A stretch of 32,000 nt of DNA from Longivirga aurantiaca (GTDB taxonomy: Bacteria; Actinomycetota; Actinomycetes; S36-B12; CAIYMF01): contig NZ_JBHSTI010000008.1 of assembly GCF_042660085.1 (NCBI RefSeq), positions 600,001 to 632,000 on the forward strand, given 5' to 3'. Positions 24,811 to 32,000 of this stretch are shown here, piece after piece. The notes under the pieces are model-generated. The model saw only the letters and a list, made by a program, of their open reading frames with translations. It ran no database searches and was not told the DNA's origin. Position numbers and translations under genes: made by a program. The first letter of the stretch is position 1. Every line of letters starts with the position of its first letter.

Positions 24811-26003
24811 CAGACTGCCGACCTCAGCTGGGCGCCGAGGGCGATCGCGCCATGGCTCGCGAGGTCGCGCTCGGCGAGATCCACCCGGCCGTGCCCGAGC
24901 AGGGTCCGTCCGAGCTCGATGTACCGCTGGGAGACAGCAGGCCACAGCAGCGAGGCTGCGAGCCCCCGCGCCTCCCGTGCCATGTGGTCGCGGACCCCGG
25001 GGACCGTGATCACGCGACGCAACGCGTCGGAGATCGCAGCGGGGTCGCGCTGCGGCACGAGGATCCCGGCGCCGCCGGACAGCAGCTCGACCGCGTGGGG
25101 GAACGACGTGGAGATCACGGGCTTGCCGGCAGCGACAGCCTCGGTGAGCACGCCCGACGTGACCTGCTCCGCCGAGTCGTAGGGCAGCAGGACGACGTCC
25201 GCCTCGCTGACCGCGCGCCGCAGGTCCGGCCCGGAGAGGTAGCGGCTGTCGAAGTCCACGTGACCCTCGAGGCCGAGGTGGCGCGTCATCGACAGCAGCC
25301 GCTCGCGGTAGGCCTCGCCGTCGCGCTCGAGCACCTTGGGGTGGGTGCGCCCGAGCACCCGGTAGCGCGGCAGCTCGGTGGTCTCCCGGAGCTCGGCCAG
25401 TGCCAGGAGGGCCCATTCGATGCCCTTGCCCTCGGACAGCAGGCCCCAGGTGAGCACGGTCGGACGCACGGGGACGGCGGCCAGCGGGGACGGGTGGTCG
25501 CTGCGGTTGTCCTCGGCGCCGTGCGGGATCACGGTGACCGTGGCCGGGTCGACGCCCCAGCCGGCGACCAGGCGGTCGCGCGCCGTCTCGGTCATGGTGA
25601 CGAGGGCTGCCGACCGGTCGACCAGCGAGGCCAGCACCCGGTGCTGGTTCGGGGTCGGGTGCGTCAGGACGGTGTGGAGCACCGTGATCACGGGGACGGA
25701 GAGGCGCTGGACGACGTCGAGCACGTCCTCGCCGTCCGGGCCGGCGAAGATGCCGTACTCGTGCTGCACGACGGCCACGTCGAAGTCGTCGAGCACGAGA
25801 GCCGCGTCGATCTCGGCACCGCGGCGACCGCGGACCCACTGGTGCACGACGGGGAGCACCTGCACCTCAGGCGCGTCGACGAGCCGGACGACGCCGACGT
25901 GCGCGCCGGAGCGGTGGAGGTGGCGGACCAGCGACTCCGCGAACGTCGCGATACCGCACTGCGTCGGAGGGTAGGTGGACAGGAAACCGAACCTGAGGCC
26001 CAT
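24810..26003 (-). CDS. Glycosyltransferase family 4-type protein
   Basis: MGLRFGFLSTYPPTQCGIATFAESLVRHL..., LPYDSAEQVTSGVLTEAVAAGKPVISTSFPHAVELL. Confidence 0.9.
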   Translation of the reverse strand: MGLRFGFLSTYPPTQCGIATFAESLVRHLHRSGAHVGVVRLVDAPEVQVLPVVHQWVRGRRGAEIDAALVLDDFDVAVVQHEYGIFAGPDGEDVLDVVQRLSVPVITVLHTVLTHPTPNQHRVLASLVDRSAALVTMTETARDRLVAGWGVDPATVTVIPHGAEDNRSDHPSPLAAVPVRPTVLTWGLLSEGKGIEWALLALAELRETTELPRYRVLGRTHPKVLERDGEAYRERLLSMTRHLGLEGHVDFDSRYLSGPDLRRAVSEADVVLLPYDSAEQVTSGVLTEAVAAGKPVISTSFPHAVELLSGGAGILVPQRDPAAISDALRRVITVPGVRDHMAREARGLAASLLWPAVSQRYIELGRTLLGHGRVDLAERDLASHGAIALGAQLRSAV

Positions 26004-26197
26004 GGCCGTCTGCTTTCGAGATACCGATCTGTGCAGCCGATGTGCTGCCGTGCACGGAGGGAGGATCGACATCCCAGGGCGCTCGACCAAGCGGTCGCGC
26101 CGAAGGCCGCGGCATCATCGCTGCGGCGCTACCCCTTCACAGTAGCACCGATCCCAGGTGCTGATTTCCCTTGTAGATTCAGGTCAAACCGGAGGTC

Positions 26198-27241
26198 ATG
26201 GTGAGGATCGCCCTAATCGCTTCCATCGCTCACTCGGTGCCGCCGCGGTCCTACGGGCCGTGGGAGCAGGTGGCCTCGACCCTCGCGGAGGGCCTCGTCG
26301 AACGAGGGCACGACGTCACGCTGTTCGCGACCGCGGACTCGACGACGGCCGCGCGGCTGCACTCCGAGGCCCCGGCGGGCTACGAGGAGGACGCCTCCGT
26401 CGACGCGAAGGTGTACGAGGCCCTGCACATCGCGGCGGCGTTCGAGCGGGCCGACGAGTTCGACGTGATCAGCAACCAGTTCGACTTCCTGCCGCTCGCC
26501 TTCAGCAGGCTCGTCCGCACACCGGTGGTGACGACGATCCACGGCTTCTCGTCCGAGCGGATCGTGCCTGTCTACCGGGCGTACGACGACGTGGCGCACT
26601 ACGTCTCGATCAGCGACTCCGACCGTCATCCCGACCTGCACTACGCGTCGACGATCCACCATGGCATCGACCTCGCGTCGTTCACCGCCGGCGCCGGTGA
26701 CGGCGGCTACCTGCTCTTCCTCGGGCGCATCCATCCCGACAAGGGCACGGCCGTCGCGATCGAGGTGGCGCGACTCGCCGGGCTGCCGCTCGTGATCGCC
26801 GGTGTGGTGCACGACGACGACTACTTCCGTTCCTTGGTGCTGCCGCACGTCGACGGCGCCGCGGTGTCGTACGTCGGCCCCGTGGGGCCGGCCGAACGCG
26901 ACCGGCTGCTCGGCGGGGCTGCCGCGCTGCTGCACCTCATCGACTTCGACGAGCCCTTCGGGCTGTCGGTGGTGGAGTCGCTCGCCGCCGGGACGCCGGT
27001 CGTGGCGTTTGGCCGGGGCTCGATGCCCGAGCTGATCCGTGACGGCGTGACGGGCTTCCTCGTCGCCTCGGTCGACGACGCCGTCGACGCCGTTGCACGA
27101 CTCGGCTCCATCGACCGCGCATCCTGCAGATCCGATGCGGCGCAGCGGTTCTCGGCGGGTCGGATGGTCGCCGACTACGAGAGGCTCTTCGCGGCCGTGG
27201 CCGCCGGGGGGATCAGCCCGCTGCACCTGCCTGCGGCGTGA
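26198..27241 (+). CDS. Glycosyltransferase family 4 protein
   Basis: MVRIALIASIAHSVPPRSYGPWEQVASTLAEGLVERGHDVTLFA ... IDFDEPFGLSVVESLAAGTPVVAFGRGSMPELI; RBS GGAGG. Confidence 0.92.
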   Translation: MVRIALIASIAHSVPPRSYGPWEQVASTLAEGLVERGHDVTLFATADSTTAARLHSEAPAGYEEDASVDAKVYEALHIAAAFERADEFDVISNQFDFLPLAFSRLVRTPVVTTIHGFSSERIVPVYRAYDDVAHYVSISDSDRHPDLHYASTIHHGIDLASFTAGAGDGGYLLFLGRIHPDKGTAVAIEVARLAGLPLVIAGVVHDDDYFRSLVLPHVDGAAVSYVGPVGPAERDRLLGGAAALLHLIDFDEPFGLSVVESLAAGTPVVAFGRGSMPELIRDGVTGFLVASVDDAVDAVARLGSIDRASCRSDAAQRFSAGRMVADYERLFAAVAAGGISPLHLPAA

Positions 27242-28427
27242 GCCCGAGGGCGAGGGTCAGCTCGAGCACGGTGCGCGGGTCGTCGAGCGCGTCGCCGTAC
27301 AGCTCGCGCACCTGACCCATCCGGTAGCGGACGGTCTGCGCGTGGACGAACAGGTCTGCGGCGACGTCGTCGCGCCTGCCCTGGTGCAGGAGCCACGAGC
27401 GCAGAGTCTCCGCGAGTCGCTCCCGCGATGACGCGCGCACGCCGGCCAGGGGTGCGAGCACGCGAGTCCTGAGGTCGGCGAGCGCCTCGGCGTCGGCACC
27501 GAGCACGATCTCGGCGAGGTGCTCGTCGGTGTCGACCACGCCCCGGATCGTCGTGATCTCGCGGGTGCGCCGGACGCGTGCGTACGAGGCCGCGACCTCG
27601 AGCCACGGCCGCGCCGGCCCGACGACGGCGTCGCGCCCGGCGAGCATGCGCAGCAGGCGGGTGCGTCGACGGCCGCCGAGGTCGGGCACGAGCAGCAGCA
27701 CGAGGTCGTCGTCGTCGCTCACGCCTGGAAGGTCCTGGCGGGCGAGCACGCTGCCGGCGGGGAGCGCGGGAACGAGGGCGTGAACCTGCCCCTCGGGCAG
27801 CAGCACCGCGGTGAGGGTGGCGGGGGGCTGCCATCCGGCGCGGGCGGCCGCGGACATGACGGTGCCCTCGTCGGCCCCTGCGAGCAGCAGCTGGGCGAGG
27901 CGCTCGAGGTAGCGCTCGCGCACCCGGCCGCTGGTGGCGAGCTCGTCGGTGTGCCCCGCCACGCTCGACGCCGACAGCTCGTCGATGTAGGCGAAGACGA
28001 GCTCGGCGAAGCGCGCCATCGTGCCCGCGGGCATGCCGGCGCCGGCCGCCGCGGCCGACATCTCGCGCCAGGCGACGCGCGCGCCGATGCGGTACGCCGC
28101 CTGCAGCGCGTCCATCGACCGCCCGCTGCGCGCCTCGCCGCGGCCGAGGTCGTACGCCGCCTCGAGGGCCGGCGTCAGCGGTGTGCCCGGGTCGGAGCCC
28201 GCGGTGCGTGTCGCGAGCTTGAGGAAGCCGCCGAGCGCGACCTGCACCGCGCCCGTGATGGTGGCGCCCAGGTCGCCGGTGAAGGCGCCGGCGTACGACG
28301 GCACCTCGGCGGTCACCGCGGCCACCGTGGCGGCGGCGACGTCCGGGAGCCGCTCGCGCAGCGTCGCGGCCACCGCGGGCTCGAGGGCGAGGTGCTCCGA
28401 GGTGGCACGTGCGGTGGCGCCGTCCAT
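27213..28427 (-). CDS. PucR-family transcriptional regulator
   Basis: C-terminal LAETLRSWLLHQGRRDDVAADLFVHAQTVRYRMGQVRELYGDALDDPRTVLELTLAL (PucR HTH). 29-bp overlap with convergent gene at 27241. Confidence 0.9.
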   Translation of the reverse strand: MDGATARATSEHLALEPAVAATLRERLPDVAAATVAAVTAEVPSYAGAFTGDLGATITGAVQVALGGFLKLATRTAGSDPGTPLTPALEAAYDLGRGEARSGRSMDALQAAYRIGARVAWREMSAAAAGAGMPAGTMARFAELVFAYIDELSASSVAGHTDELATSGRVRERYLERLAQLLLAGADEGTVMSAAARAGWQPPATLTAVLLPEGQVHALVPALPAGSVLARQDLPGVSDDDDLVLLLVPDLGGRRRTRLLRMLAGRDAVVGPARPWLEVAASYARVRRTREITTIRGVVDTDEHLAEIVLGADAEALADLRTRVLAPLAGVRASSRERLAETLRSWLLHQGRRDDVAADLFVHAQTVRYRMGQVRELYGDALDDPRTVLELTLALGLTPQAGAAG

Positions 28428-28512
28428 CTTTGTCCTCACCGAACAATCTAGGGGGGTGGTTTCACGCCCGACGGACAAGAGTTTAGACCCTCCGGTGAAT
28501 CACCCTGGTCTC

Positions 28513-29631
28513 ATGGCAGTTGCTCCCACCACACCGCCTCTCACCACACCGGCGCCGACGACCCCGCGGACCCGGGGCCTTCGTGAGCGCCTCGTCGACC
28601 TGGCCGGGCTGGTCACCACGCCGCTCGTCCCGTCCGACTACCTCGACCGTGTCGTCCCGCTCCGCGCGGGCACGGCGCTGCGCGGCCGCATCGTCGGCCT
28701 GCACCCCGAGACCCGCGACGCCGTCACGGTCGTCATCCGACCCGGTCGCGACTGGCTCGGGCACACGCCCGGGCAGTACGTGCGCCTCGGCGTCGACGTC
28801 GACGGCGTGCGCCAGTGGCGCACCTACTCCCTCAGCTCGGACGCCGCGCGCGCCGACGGCTGCATCGCGATCACGGTGAAGGCCGTGGACGGTGGAGTCG
28901 TGAGCGGCTACCTCGTGCACCGGGCGCGGGTCGGCACCGTCGTGCAGCTCGACCAGGCGGCCGGCGACTTCGTGCTGCCTCCCGTGCGGCCCACCAAGGT
29001 GCTGTTCCTGACCGCCGGCTCCGGCATCACCCCTGTCATGGGCATGCTGCGCTCGACGCAGCTGACCGACGTCGTCGTGGTGCACTCCGCGCGCACGGCG
29101 TCCGACGCGATCTTCGGCGCCGAGCTGCGGGTGCTGGCCGACGGCGGGGTGATCCGGCTCGTCGAGCGGCACACGTCCGACGACGGCCGCCTCGACGTCA
29201 CCGAGCTGGAGCGGCTGGTGCCCGACCTCGCGCAGCGGCGCACCTGGGCCTGCGGCCCGGGCGAGCTGCTCGACGCGGTCGAGGCGCACTACGCGTCACT
29301 CGGCCTCTCGGACCGGCTGCGCACCGAGCGGTTCCGCCCGGTCGTCGTGGCTCGCACGGAGTCGGGGTCGAGCGCGGTCACCTTCAGCCGCACCGGCACC
29401 GTCGTCGAGGCGTCGACGTCCACCTCGCTGCTCGACGCCGGAGAGGAGGCGGGCGTGCTCATGCCCTCCGGGTGCCGCATGGGCATCTGCTTCGGCTGCG
29501 TCGTGCCGCTCCGCGAGGGCGTGGTGCGCGACCTGCGCGACGGCGCCGTGACCACCGCAGCACCCGGCGACGGCGTGCTCATCCAGACCTGCGTGTCGGC
29601 GGCTGCCGGCGCCTGCGACATCGACCTCTAG
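28513..29631 (+). CDS. Ferredoxin reductase (FAD/NAD-binding plus plant-type 2Fe-2S domain)
   Basis: HTPGQYVRLGVDVDGVRQWRTYSLSS, VLFLTAGSGITPVMGMLRS, MPSGCRMGICFGCVVPLREG...TC. Confidence 0.93.
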   Translation: MAVAPTTPPLTTPAPTTPRTRGLRERLVDLAGLVTTPLVPSDYLDRVVPLRAGTALRGRIVGLHPETRDAVTVVIRPGRDWLGHTPGQYVRLGVDVDGVRQWRTYSLSSDAARADGCIAITVKAVDGGVVSGYLVHRARVGTVVQLDQAAGDFVLPPVRPTKVLFLTAGSGITPVMGMLRSTQLTDVVVVHSARTASDAIFGAELRVLADGGVIRLVERHTSDDGRLDVTELERLVPDLAQRRTWACGPGELLDAVEAHYASLGLSDRLRTERFRPVVVARTESGSSAVTFSRTGTVVEASTSTSLLDAGEEAGVLMPSGCRMGICFGCVVPLREGVVRDLRDGAVTTAAPGDGVLIQTCVSAAAGACDIDL

Positions 29632-29640
29632 GAGGCCGGA

Positions 29641-30822
29641 ATGACCACGATCCAGAACAAGGCGCAGAGCCCCATCGCGCACCTGACCGACGACGACATC
29701 ACCGCGATCGGCGTCGAGCTCGACGCGATCCGCGAGCAGGTGCTCGCGTCGCGCGGCGAGCGCGACGCTGCGTACATCCGTCGCGTCATCGACGTCCAGC
29801 GCGCGCTCGAGCTCAGCGGCCGCGGCATGCTGCTCTTCTCGCTCCTCCCGCCGGCCTGGGTCGTCGGGACGACGGCGCTGTCGATCGCGAAGATCCTCGA
29901 GAACATGGAGATCGGGCACAACGTCCTGCACGGCCAGTGGGACTGGATGCGCGACCCGAAGATCCACTCGACCACCTGGGAGTGGGACAACGCGACGCCC
30001 GCGACGATGTGGAAGCACTCGCACAACGAGCTGCACCACACGTACACGAACGTGCTCGGCCGCGACAACGACCTCGGGTACGGGATCATGCGCGTCGACG
30101 AGGACCAGCGCTGGAAGCCGGGCTACATCGCCCAGCCCGTTTGGAACTTCGTCAACATGTGCTTCTTCCAGTACGGCATCGCGGCGTACGACCTCGAGGT
30201 GGGCAAGTACCTCGCGGGCCGCAAGGACAAGGACCAGTTCTGGGCCGAGGCCCGCGTGGTGCTCGCCAAGATCCGCTCCCAGGCGACGCGCGACTACGTC
30301 GTGCACCCGCTGCTGTCGGGCCCGTCGTTCGTGCCCACGCTCGCGGCCAACGCCACCGCCAACTTCGTGCGCAACGTGTGGACGCACTCGGTCATCATGT
30401 GCGGCCACTTCCCCGAGGGAGTCGAGACCTTCTCGAAGACCTCGATCGAGGGCGAGAGCCGCGGCGAGTGGTACCTGCGCCAGATGCTGGGCTCGGCCAA
30501 CATCTCGGGCGGCAAGCTGCTGCACATCATGAGCGGCAACCTGTCGTTCCAGATCGAGCACCACCTGTTCCCCGACCTGCCGAGCAACCGCTACCAGGAG
30601 ATCGCACCCCAGGTGGAGGCGCTCTTCGAGCGCTACGGCCTCACCTACACCAGCGGCCCGATGGTGAAGCAGGTCGCGTCCGCGTGGACGAAGGTCGTGC
30701 GGCTCTCGCTGCCGAACCACTTGCTGCGCAAGGCGTCCCAGGGCGTCGCCGCGGCGACGTCGCTGCCGCGCAAGGTCGTCGCCGCCGTGCTGCCCGACGT
30801 CGCGACGAGCGCCGCGGCCTGA
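29641..30822 (+). CDS. desA3: Acyl-CoA/fatty acid desaturase, DesA3-type
   Basis: Histidine boxes HNVLH, HSHNELHH, QIEHHLFPDLPSNR. Confidence 0.92.
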   Translation: MTTIQNKAQSPIAHLTDDDITAIGVELDAIREQVLASRGERDAAYIRRVIDVQRALELSGRGMLLFSLLPPAWVVGTTALSIAKILENMEIGHNVLHGQWDWMRDPKIHSTTWEWDNATPATMWKHSHNELHHTYTNVLGRDNDLGYGIMRVDEDQRWKPGYIAQPVWNFVNMCFFQYGIAAYDLEVGKYLAGRKDKDQFWAEARVVLAKIRSQATRDYVVHPLLSGPSFVPTLAANATANFVRNVWTHSVIMCGHFPEGVETFSKTSIEGESRGEWYLRQMLGSANISGGKLLHIMSGNLSFQIEHHLFPDLPSNRYQEIAPQVEALFERYGLTYTSGPMVKQVASAWTKVVRLSLPNHLLRKASQGVAAATSLPRKVVAAVLPDVATSAAA

Positions 30823-30825
30823 CCG

Positions 30826-31212
30826 TCAGACGCTGCGGCCCCGCAGCCGCTCGGTGATCCGGCGCTCCTTCTTGGTCGGCCGGCCCGACCCGCGCTCGCG
30901 CACGATGGGCGCCGCCCGCTCCTCCTTCGGGGGAGGGGGCGGCGTCCTGTCGTCGTAGTTGAGCGCGGCCAGCGTCGCGCTCGTGCGCTTCTCGATCAGG
31001 CCGGTCACGACGACGATGCGCTCTCCGCCGGGGGTGTAGGCGCGGACCGTGTCGCCGATGCGCACCGGGGTGGCGGGCTTCGCGGCGGCGTCGTTGACCT
31101 TCACGTGCCCGGCCTTGCACGCCGCGCTCGCAGCCGATCGGGTGGGGTAGAGGCGGATCGCCCACGTCCACGCGTCGGCGCGGACGCTCGACGGCGGTGG
31201 CGACGCGGGCAT
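30826..31212 (-). CDS. RNA-binding S4 domain protein (Hsp15-like)
   Basis: RADAWTWAIRLYPTRSAASAACKAGHVKVNDAAAKPATPVRIGDTVRA ... basic C-terminus. Confidence 0.9.
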   Translation of the reverse strand: MPASPPPSSVRADAWTWAIRLYPTRSAASAACKAGHVKVNDAAAKPATPVRIGDTVRAYTPGGERIVVVTGLIEKRTSATLAALNYDDRTPPPPPKEERAAPIVRERGSGRPTKKERRITERLRGRSV

Positions 31213-31352
31213 GACGTCAGCCTAGGCGGGCCGCGGCGTGGTGCCGGAGACGTTCCGCGGGCGTCGTTCGTCGGACCTGTGCCGCCCCGGGATGCCCGGG
31301 CGGCGCGCATGCCGTTCGATGGCCTGGTGGGGACGACGCGAGGGGGCGAGGC

Positions 31353-32000
31353 GTGATCGGCTGGTTGCGGTCGTCGCGGGCACGGACTGCCGCGGCGGTG
31401 CTGGGCGTGGTCGCGCTGCTCGCCGCCCTTCTCCTCTGGGTCGTCCCTGTGCTGACCGCGGGGCCGACGGTCCGCGAGGAGGCGCTCCGCGTGCCGGTGG
31501 GCGCCGAGCCCGACGGCACGGCGGTCGAGCTCGACGTCGCGGTCTACACGTCCGACGGCGCCACGGCGCCCGCCCCGGCCGTGCTGCTCGCGCACGGGTT
31601 CGGGGGCAAGCGCCAGGACCTCGTCGCACAGGCACGCAGGCTCGCCGCCGAGGGGTACGTCGTCCTCACCTGGACCGCCCGCGGCTTCGGCGAGTCCGGT
31701 GGGCGCATCCACCTGAACGCACCGGCGTACGAGGTGGCCGACGCGAGCGCGCTGGTCGACCTGCTCGCCGCACGCGACGACGTCCAGCTCGACGCCGACG
31801 GCGACCCGCGGGTGGGCATCGCCGGCGGTTCCTACGGCGGCGCCATCGCGCTGCTCGCCGCGGGCTACGACCAGCGGGTCGACGCGATCGCGCCGCGGAT
31901 CACCTGGAACGACCTCGCGGCCTCGCTCTTCCCGCAGTTCGCCACGACGGGCGATCCCAGCACGGCTGCGGCGTTCGACCCCGTCCCCGACCCCGGCGTG
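31353..32000 (+). CDS. Alpha/beta hydrolase, CocE/S15-peptidase-like (partial, runs off window)
   Basis: Signal-anchor VLGVVALLAALLLWVVPVL; VLLAHGFGGKRQDLVAQARRLAAEGYVVLTWTARGFGESGG; GIAGGSYGGAIALLAA nucleophile elbow. Confidence 0.88.
   Translation, partial: MIGWLRSSRARTAAAVLGVVALLAALLLWVVPVLTAGPTVREEALRVPVGAEPDGTAVELDVAVYTSDGATAPAPAVLLAHGFGGKRQDLVAQARRLAAEGYVVLTWTARGFGESGGRIHLNAPAYEVADASALVDLLAARDDVQLDADGDPRVGIAGGSYGGAIALLAAGYDQRVDAIAPRITWNDLAASLFPQFATTGDPSTAAAFDPVPDPGV

Noticed and set aside
28815-30857. 680-aa plus-strand ORF
   Set aside because: Off-frame reading through the ferredoxin reductase and desaturase genes; the real frames carry 2Fe-2S and histidine-box motifs.
1-32000. CRISPR arrays, tRNA/rRNA genes, prophage or transposon boundaries
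   Set aside because: No regularly spaced repeats, cloverleaf-like sequences, integrase/transposase motifs or flanking direct repeats noticed on either strand by eye.

Overview
High-GC actinobacterial chromosome segment, densely coded on both strands. I found no rRNA, tRNA, CRISPR array, phage or transposase. I see about 33 real genes; many long ORFs in the track are antisense or off-frame shadows of them. Main points: (1) a heliorhodopsin gene (4574..5374) with the Schiff-base lysine and TM3 glutamate recognisable. It lies downstream of a TetR gene and a divergent DUF4386-type membrane protein, whose shared intergenic region holds twin palindromic operators. (2) A compact sulfide/persulfide detoxification regulon (about 14611..20480): a CstR/CsoR-family regulator, sulfide:quinone oxidoreductase, a CstB-like MBL/pseudo-rhodanese/rhodanese fusion, a single-domain rhodanese, a TauE/SafE exporter and a small SAM-methyltransferase. 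It also has two paralogous 38/52-aa Cys-rich microproteins, each next to a palindrome of the ATACCCCC-GGGGGTAT type, and a 59-aa microprotein of unknown function. One palindrome is the core of a 60-bp near-perfect inverted repeat between divergent genes. (3) A fused SecDF gene coupled by ATGA to a C-terminally truncated TraR/DksA-type zinc-finger protein. (4) A translationally coupled GT4 / six-hairpin-like / GH130 / cupin / alditol-oxidase operon. (5) A rifampin ADP-ribosyltransferase (arr), and a PucR regulator divergent from a ferredoxin-reductase/DesA3-type desaturase pair. All family calls come from motif and homology recognition by eye, with no database search.
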